A stretch of 63,909 nucleotides of DNA, counting the filler, from Octopus bimaculoides (lineage: Eukaryota): the NCBI RefSeq assembly GCF_001194135.2. It is 6 parts of 5 records of this genome, joined end to end, with 100 filler letters (N's around TTAATTAATTAA, not from the genome) between each part and the next. Parts side by side here need not be neighbours in the genome. Positions count along the whole stretch, not along the records: positions 1 to 21,113 come from NC_068991.1; positions 21,214 to 33,276 come from NC_068989.1; 4 more parts are not named here. One strand, 5' to 3'. Each line of letters opens with the position of its first letter. The first letter of the stretch is position 1. Below, one piece after another: positions 14,464 to 27,091 of the stretch. The translations under genes were made by a program, and so were the position numbers. Below the pieces are notes generated by a model. That model did not search any database. It was not told the origin of the DNA and was given only the letters and a program-made list of their open reading frames with translations.

Positions 14464-15674
14464 NNNNNNNNNNNNNNNNNNNNNNNNNNNNNNNNNNNNN
14501 NNNNNNNNNNNNNNNNNNNNNNNNNNNNNNNNNNNNNNNNNNNNNNNNNNNNNNNNNNNNNNNNNNNNNNNNNNNNNNNNNNNNNNNNNNNNNNNNNNNN
14601 NNNNNNNNNNNNNNNNNNNNNNNNNNNNNNNNNNNNNNNNNNNNNNNNNNNNNNNNNNNNNNNNNNNNNNNNNNNNNNNNNNNNNNNNNNNNNNNNNNNN
14701 NNNNNNNNNNNNNNNNNNNNNNNNNNNNNNNNNNNNNNNNNNNNNNNNNNNNNNNNNNNNNNNNNNNNNNNNNNNNNATATATATATATATACAAACACG
14801 CACATATTAACGCTCACAGACGCACATTCTACTCATACAGATATGAATAGAATACATATACAGACGTACCCATGAGTATGTGTGTTGTATATGTTAATGA
14901 ACTAGTGCGTCTAACAATGTGTAGGTCTCGCTGCCACGATACGATGCATTTCAATTTGTACCTTTGCGGCTTTGTGCGTCCTTTCATATGAAACTTGTAT
15001 AGGGATACACACATAAACATACAAACACACTCATATATATGTACACAAACACATATATCATTGTACATTCGTGTTCCCATATGCATATGGTTGTGTGTGA
15101 TTGCATTAATGTATGTGTCAAATTCTGTATATTTTCATGTATGATTTAATTCCCTCCAAAACTATTTTTAGACTATTAATTTCTGAGACTATACTGAAAT
15201 GCTATTTACACAGCTTTTGTAAGTAAAATATCAAAGCATCATCTACCTTAAGAAATTTTCAAATTGCCCATCAAACTACGAGAGATTTTTGGCATTAAAC
15301 AAACAGACTGTGTTGATCAATTACAAAGAAATAACCAAGCAATTCCTTTGTAGTTTAAAAATTGTAGACTCACAGACACACACTCACACACAGATATATA
15401 TATGTGTGTGTGTGTGTGTGTGCGTGTGTTTGTGTGTGTGTGTGCGTGTGTTTGTGTGTGTGTGTGTTTGTGCGTATGTGTGTTTGTGTGTATTTTCCTC
15501 TCTATATACGTACAAATATATCTGTCAATGTTCGTATAAGCGCGTATAATGCGTACAGATTTATGCGTATACCGGTACATATGTATAGGCATTCGTATAT
15601 ATACGTAAATATACATATATATATATATATGTGTGTGTGTGTTTGTGTGTAAGTATCTAGATCTATCTATCTTT

Positions 15675-15717
<43 letters not shown>

Positions 15718-15727
15718 NNNNNNNNNN

Positions 15728-15786
<59 letters not shown>

Positions 15787-16046
15787 CAATGAAAATGCAA
15801 ATAAAGAAATTTAGACGTAAGTTTGTTTATCCAAATAAATAAATGATTGTTGTGATTATATCCTACACTACAATTGTTTCACTTAAAAGATTGCCATTGC
15901 CATAATACCTTTCTACCTCTCATTCTCTGGGCTCTACCCTGTTCGAACGCCATTTATGCTGCACGTAGGAAATGGATGTAAACTTTCAGATATACCTGTG
16001 ATCTACAGGCAGAGAGAATGACAAACAGACAGACAGACACACAGAC

Positions 16047-16170
16047 AGATCAGGGTTGAACGCTAGATCAGGGTTGAACGCTAGATCAGGGTTGAACGCT
16101 AGATCAGGGTTGAACGCTAGATCAGGGTTGAACGCTAGATCAGGGCTGAACGCTAGATCAGGGTTGAACT
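16047..16170. repeat. 18-bp minisatellite AGATCAGGGTTGAACGCT, about 6.8 copies
   Basis: Six full units (one with a T>C change) plus a partial seventh, directly after a (GACA)n tract. Confidence 0.95.
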
Positions 16171-18203
16171 ACTCTTAAATAACACTCACAACAAAATATC
16201 GATGCAGTGGGGTTATTAAAGAATGCGTCCTCCTTTGATGGGCCCTTTATGGTCTATGGCGTAAATGCTATAAAATTATATAAATATCGGCATTATTTGT
16301 TTGATTAAAAATGATAGGTATGCTGCACTTAGAGTTTACCGGGAATCTAAAATATTGTGAGCAAATTTGGGCACAGGATATGAATCGTAGATTAATTTAC
16401 ACTTCGTACACAATGTCCCATTGAGCTTCTACGTCAATCACACACGTCTCACGTTAGTGATTCTGTTCGTAATTTGTGCTTTACAATCGTCAGACAGTTA
16501 TCCCACGGGACACTAGCATAACAAATTTCTGCATTGTATATTACTTATAATGTAATCGAACCTATCGAAATTTGAACCGATATCAATTTCATTTATCCTC
16601 TGATAATAATTTTATTATCAGCACAATTCACTCTCTGCAATTAATATTTTAAAATGAGATGTATTAAATACGAATCTACAGACATGGACATTTTCGCAAA
16701 AATATATTTTCTGTTTCTGATATGCTTAAACTCAAATTAGGACCAGCAATAAACCCTAAAAATTAAATATCATTTTTATACACCACAGCCAGTAATATAA
16801 AATTAGATTTAATTTAGACTTTGAATCGTTACATTATGCCAGTTTAGGGAAACTTTATGTGATGTACAGGGAAAAAGTGTATGAACTTCAAATGTAATCA
16901 TATCGTTTTAGCTAAAAAGGGGGTTATCTAAAAATGTCAAGATAAGCGCAACTTTTGAAAATTATATTGCTTGCAAAGAGGCTCAAAGTTGAGCGCTTAA
17001 AGTCATGAACATACAAAAAGCTTGTCTTTGCTGTAATAGTAATTACAGAATAGCTTTCAATGATAAAGTGACTCCACGAATACAAATAACATTTTACAGA
17101 AAAGTATATTAGATGTGACAGTGTAATATGCAAGATATATATATATATATATATATAACTAATGTGTATATGTATATATATATGTATGTATGTGGGTGTG
17201 TATATATGTGTATATGGTTGTGTGTGTGTGTTTGTATGGCAAACCGAAATCTCTATATACGTACGTCTTCATTTATAACTATCGAATCCAACAAATACTT
17301 TTAGTTTCTGTGTTAAAAGTCATTGTTTGATAGAAATGTCGTAATTGAAAATGCAAGCAAATATGTACAAATATTGTTTGGCCACAAGGCATATCTTTTA
17401 TATTATGTTTCCTCCATTATATCAGATTTTGCTAAAGTTTCAGTAATTGCATGAAATACTGATGTATATCTTAAAGTATATTTAATTTTAAACACGTAAG
17501 CGAACGTTCCCTTCAATTGCTAAATGTCAAAATTGTGATGTAGTTTCGAAGGAGATGTACTTGGTTTACGACTTCACGGCGTTCTTTTTCCTATCGTACA
17601 TATACAATAAAGCTGGACATTTAGAGATATCATTCTGTGTGGTTTTCTCATACACAAATGCAGTAAATTCACCAGGGGTCCTTTTATATTCATTGTGAAT
17701 CAATGCTCAATCCAATATTCGTATATTCCCGTGTGCACATATACAACATATATTCGAATGAAAATTAAACATGACATCGATTTATATCTGTATTCTCACA
17801 TAAATGTATGTCCATGTGTGTATTTATTGATCTAGATATCTATCTGTATGTCTGCCTTTCTATCTATCTATCTATCTGTTTATTTATCTATCTATGTCCA
17901 TGCAATGTGGGTATGTGATGAGTGTGTGCGTGTGTATGTGTATGTGTGTGTATGTATCTATAGAAGTGAATGCGATATTTATGTATATGTATATGTGAAT
18001 ATATATGTATATCTATGTCACTCTCTCTTTCCTCCCCTCTCTCGCTCTTGTTTTATATATATATGTATGTATATGTGTGTGTGTGTATGTGTGTATGTAT
18101 GTATGTATGAGTGTATGCAACACACGCTCACAACCACATACGTATATATATATATATATACAGGCACGTGTGTATGTGTGTGTTTGTGTGTCAATCTCTT
18201 TGT

Positions 18204-18267
<64 letters not shown>

Positions 18268-18904
18268 TTATATATCATATAATATATATATAATATTATA
18301 TATATTATATATATATATATCTTGTTTATATTTCCTACGCCATCTTGCATTTCACTTCAAGCTAACATTTATCTCTTTTTCTTTGACAGCATAAACTTCG
18401 TAAATGCAGGAACAGTTTAATAATAAACAAACCTTTTTTCCTGGTGCACTGACAAAAAAAGCACAAAAAAAAAGTGTTATCGGAGGCATAAGCAGTTATG
18501 GAGTTCCTCGATGTAGACGGTTCGTCTGTGATATGCCAACGACAATGTCGGCGTATACCAACTGCTTTTATTATTCTTTTATTTTCAAGTTTTTCTTCAT
18601 AACAAAGGACAAGTTGAAGAGAAGAATCAACACCTAAAATACCCCACCAGCAGCGCCACCACAGGCACCACAACCAGCAACAACAAGAACAATATCAACG
18701 ATGATGGTAAAACAAGGAAACTTGAATTAATAAATCATAGTATCATGTTGGCTATGGTCCTCATGGCTCTCCATTTACACAGCTAGGGGTCCTAGCATAA
18801 TCTTCGTTTTCCATTTCTAAATTTTCTTCTTCGCCCCTTTTCTATGTTCTCTCCTCCTTCAAATTTTCTTTTTCCTTTCTTCTTCATTCCTTTTCCCCTT
18901 TGCT

Positions 18905-19116
18905 CTTGATTCTTCTTCTTATTCTTCTTCTTCTTCACCTTCTTCTTCTTCTTCTTCTTCTTCTTCTTCTTCTTCTTCTTCTTCTTCTTCTCCTTCTTCT
19001 TCTCCTTCTTCTTCTTCTTCTTCTTCTTCTTCTTCTTCTTCTTCTTCTTTCTGACTCTTCTCCTCCTCCTACTCCTCCTCCTTCTTCCTCCTCTTCTTCT
19101 TTTTCTTCTTCTTCTG

Positions 19117-19163
<47 letters not shown>

Positions 19164-19185
19164 TCTTATTATTATTATTATTATC
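18905..19185. repeat. Compound (CTT)n/(CCT)n/(TTA)n microsatellite
   Basis: Direct reading. Explains the poly-K, poly-L and poly-Y ORFs. Confidence 0.95.
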
Positions 19186-19501
19186 ATTGCTATTGTCTAT
19201 CGCCATGTATCGTATGTTACTGAACACCTGACTGAAGGCCATATTTTGCTAATAAAACTATTGTCTCTCCTTTTACTATTCAATTGACAACTGTTCCTCT
19301 CAACACCCCTCAAAGGCGTCATTCGCCCATATTGTCTCTTAACTTCGGAACAGCCAAATGGAATTCCATGACACATATATGCAGACACACATGCAAGCAC
19401 GTATATATACATGTGTAAATGTGTAAGAGGGCTGTTTGCCACTATGATGAAATCTTAATTTATTATAACTGAACGCCATGAAAAGTAACACACACACACA
19501 C

Positions 19502-19573
<72 letters not shown>

Positions 19574-19585
19574 GTAATATATTAC

Positions 19586-19742
19586 AGGAGTGGCTGTGTG
19601 GTAAGAAGCTTCCTTACCAACCACATGGTTCTGGATTCAGTCCCACTGCGTGGTACCTCGATCAAGTGTCTTCAACTATAACCTTGGGCAGACCGAAGCT
19701 TCATGAGAGAATTTCGTAGACGGAAACTGAAAGAAGCCCGTC

Positions 19743-19785
<43 letters not shown>

Positions 19786-19884
19786 TGTGTGTGTGTGTGT
19801 GTGTGTGTGCGTTTTTGTGTCTCTGTTCCCGCCACCATTGCTTGACAACCGATGCTGGTGTGATTACGTCCCCGTAACTTAGCG
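19586..19884 (+). mobile_element. tRNA-derived cephalopod SINE with internal (TA)n(TG)n
   Basis: Head aggagtggctgtgtggtaagaagc...ggattcagtccc follows a (TAA)n tract. Body matches other copies in the window. Confidence 0.85.
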
Positions 19885-19953
19885 TTAAGTATTTTGCCCG
19901 GCGTCATGACGATTCTGTCAGCTCACCGCCTCTAATCACATGATTGATTAATA

Positions 19954-20125
19954 TTAAGGCGGTAACCCGGCAATATGGTTACCGCGCTATGCTTAACATC
20001 ATTTCGCTCGTCTTCATGATTACGTGTTTAAATTCCGCCGACGTCGACTTGGATTTTTTTCCCTTTGGGGTAAATAAAAGAGGCATCAGTGAAGTACTGA
20101 GTGGATGTAATCGACTTACGTCTGT
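19954..20125 (+). mobile_element. Decayed OK-type SINE
   Basis: aattccgccgacgtcgactt...gatgtaatcgactta matches the better-preserved copy at 58566-58795. Confidence 0.7.
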
Positions 20126-21035
20126 TAAGTCAAAATTTGAACCGAATACTAAGTAGAGGTCCAGCTGAAGACTCACATCACAAATCTAATCTCAACAAGT
20201 GCAGTGACGACTCTCACGTCGTTTTACACGCGGCATTATTCAAACGACTTTTCTTATTTTAATACAACAGACAAATTAGCCAAAAAGTACCTATGAGACA
20301 TTGCAAAGAAATACAAGATGAACTGTTAATTTCCCGTAGTTGACGTAAAACTACGTAGATGATGAAAGATAAGACAAAATAGCCTCAGTCTCGACGGCGT
20401 TTGTACGAATGTAACGGTCATTATCGCAGAAATTTACCATAATACAAACCTAAAAAAGACGTCTTGCATGACAAAACAGAAAACATCACAGGGAGAGTGC
20501 GTACATCAAACAACACAAATTTTATGAAACGTTCAAAAAGACACCCACAACTCTATATTTCGTTGCTTAATGTTTTATGTTCGTGTTTGATATTCCAGTT
20601 GATATTTTCGAACGCTGTTCCTTCGACTTTATTTTGTCTCCTTTTCTAATTGAATTATCCATTTTTTTTGTTTTTGTTTTTTCTAAACGAGAAATTCTCC
20701 TACTTAAATGCAAGTAAAAGAATTATACGGGAATATAAACAACAATTATGAAGTGAACATAAACCAGAATTGTATGTGAGTATATGAGAGTGAATGAATA
20801 AATGCACGGAAGTTCAATGAAAGAACACGTAAACAACAGATGGCTTGTGGCATATTTTCCAGAGTCTTAGTGTTCATATTATAGATCAAGGAATAGTTGA
20901 AGAAGCAGCGTGATGGAGCCTCTCATTTTACAGCCGATTGAGAACGGTGCCTTCGGGCACAACTAAATGTGAAATGGAATAGATCAGTTAGGAACAGATG
21001 TATTGTAGTCTAAATCCATTGTTGTGTGTACTTCC

Positions 21036-21071
<36 letters not shown>

Positions 21072-21113
21072 ATATATATATATATACAAGAATAAGGGCA
21101 GAGAATCGTCTTG

Positions 21114-21213
21114 NNNNNNNNNNNNNNNNNNNNNNNNNNNNNNNNNNNNNNNNNNNNTTAATTAATTAANNNNNNNNNNNNNNNNNNNNNNNNNNNNNNN
21201 NNNNNNNNNNNNN
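21114..21213. other. Assembly linker 44N-TTAATTAATTAA-44N (also at 33278, 45700, 55541, 62687)
   Basis: Identical 100-bp structure five times; the 12-mer gives stops in all six frames. Confidence 0.95.
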
Positions 21214-21242
21214 TTCTTCTTCTTCTTCTTCTTCTTCTTCTT

Positions 21243-21329
<87 letters not shown>

Positions 21330-21330
<1 letters not shown>

Positions 21331-22880
21331 GAAAAACACAGCTCATTTTGCTTGGTATGATGGAAAGTGTCAGCTGTCCACAGCCAGCAGACTAAGGTGA
21401 CACTTGTGTACTGGTCATGCTTCAATAATCCTGCGAAGTATTCTTACAGTTCCAAAGAATGCTGATTTTTAGGTGTTCCACCTTGACACTTGCACCAATC
21501 TTTTTCAGTCATGTTGGTAGTCGAATACTGATACTTCCAAGTGCACCAACTACTATCGGTATCACGTCTACTCTCTTCATTGACCACAGACTTCATATTT
21601 CCCCCTTCAAATCGTCATAGTCACTTTTTTATTTTTCTTATTTTACATTGATCTTATTGTCACCGGGGAATGCTATGTCAATTATCATGCATGTTCTTTC
21701 TTTTTTATTCACTACAACGATGTCCGGTTTTCGATGTCTGGTCGGGTGATCGCACTGGATCTTTGCATTCCACAGGATTTTGCAATTCCCATTTTTGGTG
21801 TCTCCTGAGTTTCCTCATACCACGTCTTTGCTCTTCGTAGGCTGTGATTTCCACAGAGCTCCCAATGGATCATTCTTGTCACATTGTCATGGCGTCTTTT
21901 GTATTCGTGTTGTGCCAATTTCGAGTATTCGCTAACGATGTGTCATACTGTTTTACCCTTCTCACCACACATTCTGCATTTGTCGCTATCGGTAGTGTTG
22001 CCTATTCTGCACGTCATATAGTTGGCCCGTAACGCTTGTTCCTGAGCTGCGCATATGAGTGCTTCTGTTTCTATTCGGTAATTCTTTAGCTGTTAGTGAC
22101 TGTACCTTGCGTCTTTTTAGGTAGATTATTCCATACTTCTTGAGTTCAAATTCCATTCTAATATTAGTACTAAAACATTGGACATGTTCACCAAGGAGCT
22201 CACTTGTGTCTCATCTTTGCCATACAGTTTCATACCATCCATGAAGAGGAGATGGTTGATTGTTTAGGATTTTCCCATTAGTTGGTACCCCAGGTTTATT
22301 CTCCTAAGTACCAAGGTCAGGAGTATCATGCAGAGAACAAAAAGCAACGGAGATAGGCTATCACCATGGAAAATCCCACTTTTGATGACCAGGGTGCCCA
22401 AGCATTTTTCTGTAAGATGTCAGTTCAGATTTCCAACCCACCATACTTCTCTTCAGGAAACACGGCACGGTACATTCCTCGCAATTCTAAACAGATCTAA
22501 GCACTCGATGATCCACGAATGTGGAATCATATCATAAGCTTTACGATAGTCAATGCAGGTCATTCCCAGATTTGTTCTCATTCGTTTACAATCATGCATT
22601 ACACATTTATCTATCAATAGTTGATCTTTGTTGCCTCTGCATTTCCTTCTACAGCCTTTTTGTTTCGGCGGTAATATATCGTTCACATCAAGAAATTTAT
22701 ACAGTTCTTCTGCAATTCCTCCTGACAGTAACTTCCACGTTAATGGGAAGCAAGAAATTGGTCTGCAATTGTCAGCAACATTTCTCTTTGATGTTCCGTT
22801 CAGGCACAACAGCGTTCGTACTTTTATCAACCAGCCTGGGATTTCTTTTCCATTGATCAATGCATTAAGTTGCTCTGATC
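21330..22880 (-). mobile_element. R4/Dong-type RLE LINE, 5'-truncated and internally deleted (RT, zinc knuckle, restriction-like endonuclease)
   Basis: ORF 22453-22860 has RPIS, QKGCR and IDYRKAYD. Further along: GDSLSPLLF, NHLLFMD, KCRMC...HIVS, EYKRRHDNV, a PDI..V..K motif, and IPIVVGALG. The short 3' UTR ends in a (TAA)n tail. Confidence 0.92.
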
Positions 22881-22984
<104 letters not shown>

Positions 22985-23125
22985 CATGTTATTTTTCTTC
23001 AAATTTTCTTCCATTTCTCGCCGAGTGTTTTCCGTACACCTAGGGCAGAGAAACTAGTTGTATGCATTCCCAGTTTACACACGCAAATTCACAGGTAAAA
23101 TATGTATTTAAAATAAATAAATAAA
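22985..23125 (-). mobile_element. 3' end of a (TAA)n-tailed retroelement
   Basis: Non-repetitive 140 bp segment ending on the minus strand in (TAA)n (plus-strand (TTA)n at 22949-22983). Confidence 0.45.
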
Positions 23126-23164
23126 TAAATAATTACTAAATAAAAATATTCATGAATGGATGTT

Positions 23165-23410
23165 GTTTTCACATTCACAGCGATAATGCTCTTCTCAGTA
23201 CATGAGTCGTTCCAGTTAACATCATTTTTTGCACTTCTTGTAGGGATGGTAAGCCTGGTATCATTTTCAAATAGGTTTCAGTACCTTTTTTTTTATCATC
23301 CCTAGAGATCCTACAATCACTGGTACGGTAGTCGCCTTGATGTGCCACATTTTTTCAATTTCTATTAGCAAGTCTTTATATTTACTGATCTTGTCAGATT
23401 CTTTCGCATA

Positions 23411-23412
<2 letters not shown>
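23165..23412 (-). mobile_element. Second R4/Dong-type LINE 3' end
   Basis: Manual translation: KISKYKDLLIEIEKMWHIKATTVPVIVGSLGMIKK...QEVQKMMLTGTTHVLRRALSL*. Confidence 0.85.
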
Positions 23413-23474
<62 letters not shown>

Positions 23475-24121
23475 TCGCTATTGTTCCTAATATTAATTAG
23501 TCTTCTGAATGCTGTAAATATCTTTATTTAGATACAAAGCGGATTGCCTTCTTTCTTATGTATTTATAAATAGTCTAGCATTTCTTTTTATTTTTGCATT
23601 GTTTCATGACAATTTATTACGAAAGAGTTTTCGCTGTTCCTTTAATCTGTCAGATTTTCACAATAGTTTCTGTATGTTTCTTGTTTATCATGTTTTATTA
23701 TTAATGTTGTCCCTAAGCACGTATCCATAGTCGCAATTTTCTTCGTATTTGTTTTGATTTTTCTTAGAGAATTCAATTGATTGACTGATATATCTATTTA
23801 GAACATTTCTATAACAGCTTGCACAAGACCGATCATCTCATAAGTGTCCATTTTATGCAAACATTTATCTGAATCTAACTGAGGTTTTTGTTTAAATATA
23901 CTTTGATAATTCCATTCTTTATTTATTAATTTTCTTTTATTTGCTGATCCTCTACCATGTATATGCTGTAGTGATTCGAACACACGATTTTGCCTCGCTC
24001 GTTCTTTGTATGGCTTCATTTTTGCTTAGAATTTATAAAATATAATAGTCTAAACTATTTAGGAAATCTGATCTTTTTCCTTTACGTTGATGCTTTTCAT
24101 CTGGATCAATTTCCAGTTTAA

Positions 24122-24156
<35 letters not shown>

Positions 24157-25875
24157 CACACACACACACACGCATACACACAAACACACACATATATATA
24201 CTNNNNNNNNNNAGATTGTGCCCCGCCTCCTTCCCTCAACAGGGAAAGGAAGGCTTGCTTTTCCTGCGTAGTAGCCATACTGAAAGAAACAGTATGGAAG
24301 ACGCTTGTAAGAGGCATAGTGACGGATACCTTTGTATCTGACTAGGGGTTAGTTAATTTTTTTTGTTACCACCTCAGTAGTAAGATCAGGCTGGAGAAGA
24401 GGTATCTGTCACGAGACAGATTCATGAGAAGATGGAAGCCTGTGACGAGGAAGCTGGGAGTGTTTGGCACCACGTAAGTGGGAGCCAAAAACAAGGGAAA
24501 GAAAAAGCAAGGGGTCTTCCCTGGTGGTCGGATGACTATCCTTCAGGAAAGCCATTACAAATTGCATCTGTAATGAGCAATGCTTCAATCGAACATTGTA
24601 AATATAATCCAATTTTTATTGTGTATTTAAAATTGTAAATATTTAATNNNNNNNNNNNNNNNNNNNNNNNNNNNNNNNNNNNNNNNNNNNNNNNNNNNNN
24701 NNNNNNNNNNNNNNNNNNNNNNNNNNNNNNNNNNNNNNNNNNNNNNNNNNNNNNNNNNNNNNNNNNNNNNNNNNNNNNNNNNNNNNNNNNNNNNNNNNNN
24801 NNNNNNNNNNNNNNNNNNNNNNNNNNNNNNNNNNNNNNNNNNNNNNNNNNNNNNNNNNNNNNNNNNNNNNNNNNNNNNNNNNNNNNNNNNNNNNNNNNNN
24901 NNNNNNNNNNNNNNNNNNNNNNNNNNNNNNNNNNNNNNNNNNNNNNNNNNNNNNNNNNNNNNNNNNNNNNNNNNNNNNNNNNNNNNNNNNNNNNNNNNNN
25001 NNNNNNNNNNNNNNNNNNNNNNNNNNNNNNNNNNNNNNNNNNNNNNNNNNNNNNNNNNNNNNNNNNNNNNNNNNNNNNNNNNNNNNNNNNNNNNNNNNNN
25101 NNNNNNNNNNNNNNNNNNNNNNNNNNNNNNNNNNNNNNNNNNNNNNNNNNNNNNNNNNNNNNNNNNNNNNNNNNNNNNNNNNNNNNNNNNNNNNNNNNNN
25201 NNNNNNNNNNNNNNNNNNNNNNNNNNNNNNNNNNNNNNNNNNNNNNNNNNNNNNNNNNNNNNNNNNNNNNNNNNNNNNNNNNNNNNNNNNNNNNNNNNNN
25301 NNNNNNNNNNNNNNNNNNNNNNNNNNNNNNNNNNNNNNNNNNNNNNNNNNNNNNNNNNNNNNNNNNNNNNNNNNNNNNNNNNNNNNNNNNNNNNNNNNNN
25401 NNNNNNNNNNNNNNNNNNNNNNNNNNNNNNNNNNNNNNNNNNNNNNNNNNNNNNNNNNNNNNNNNNNNNNNNNNNNNNNNNNNNNNNNNNNNNNNNNNNN
25501 NNNNNNNNNNNNNNNNNNNNNNNNNNNNNNNNNNNNNNNNNNNNNNNNNNNNNNNNNNNNNNNNNNNNNNNNNNNNNNNNNNNNNNNNNNNNNNNNNNNN
25601 NNNNTATATAAACATAATTAACGGATAAAATCATTAAAATTAATTAATTTTATCTGTGGCCAGCATATAAAAATAACCTTCTAGGTAAAATTCACATATA
25701 CAGATTCATATATAAAATCCATGTATAGAATACAATTATAATTGAGTATTCTAGTTCGCTTGAAGCATTGTAATATCGAAGAAGCTAAAAAGAGAGAAAA
25801 TAGAATGCTTCTAACGAAGTCCATCTTCAAAGGAAAACAGCAGCAGCAGCAGCAGCAGCAGCAGTAATAGTTGTT

Positions 25876-25924
<49 letters not shown>

Positions 25925-25927
25925 CGG

Positions 25928-27015
25928 CAGTCACTCTAAGTGTTTCCGGCTGTGTTGATGTAAACAAATCTCAGCTGTTGTTGTAGACTATTCACCATCT
26001 GCTGATCCACCGGCTCAACTCCGTTCGACAGAAAATTTTCGGGTTGAGGCGGTGGATCAGCAGAGTCTCTTCTCCGAGGCTAGTATGGAGGCGTCTATAT
26101 CCTTGGTTGTGTTGTCACATCTGGTCAGGTGTTTGTGAAAGGAGAACGCGTTGTTGGTGAGATGCTCCTTAACTCGGACGTGGAGTGGTAGTGTTGAGCT
26201 GCCGATGCAGTGGCTGTTGTATTTGGAGCATCGTATTTGATATACCACGCACGTACGTAAGCACATGTTAGTTTCGTGGATGGGGTAGTCCTGTAGTGTA
26301 CAATACTCGTTGGTAGGTGTTTGTGTAGGAACGGTTATGAATGGGCCAACCGAATGTTGAGTCCTTCTCTTCCCTTCGGATAGCCTTGTAGATGGCGGAG
26401 GTGGTCTTCTTATTAAAGTGCGAAATCTTCAGAAAACTGGCTTTGGAGAGATCCCACTAGCGACGTTTAGCTCGTCTGTGTTCTTGTATGGAGTTAGTAA
26501 CGGACGTAGGATATCCGTTTGTCCCTAGTATCTTTAGGAACTGGATAACATGTGCGTCCTGGTTGGCGTTGTCACTTCATCTTTTACGTATCCGGACGAT
26601 CTCGCTATGTGCGTAGTTCATCTTGGACTTGATGGAGAGAGTCGATTTATAGTAGACTAGCAATATAACCCGGCTTTGTCCTGGATTAAGTTAAGATTAT
26701 TAAGCTAATCAAGTTCTTTATTTCAAACCAAACTAAGTAACATCGAGGGCAAATTTGGGCGAAATCCGTTGAAATTGGTTTATATATATATATAATAATA
26801 TAAATGATACATAAATATATGCATATATCTATACATATATGTACATACATGCATCTACATGTATACATACATGCATATATGGGTACAGGATATAAAAAAA
26901 AGTAAGACATAATGAGAAACGAAAGCATAAAAACTTTTTTCGAAAAACGAAAAAAACCCCCCAGAGAAACGAGACATGCAACATAAAGAGTATACCCCTT
27001 CTTCAGTTGTCCTTG

Positions 27016-27091
<76 letters not shown>

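Noticed and set aside
16047-16170. CRISPR-like interpretation of this and other regular repeats
   Set aside because: Units are directly tandem with no unique spacers, the context is eukaryotic, and there are no cas genes.
20947-20960. GTGCC-TTCG-GGCAC, a cUUCGg tetraloop hairpin
   Set aside because: A single 5-bp hairpin is expected by chance in 64 kb, and there is no CTAG|T terminus or other supporting structure.
21158-21169. TTAATTAATTAA recurring five times
   Set aside because: Always centred in 44N+44N. It is a scaffolding linker, not a biological motif.
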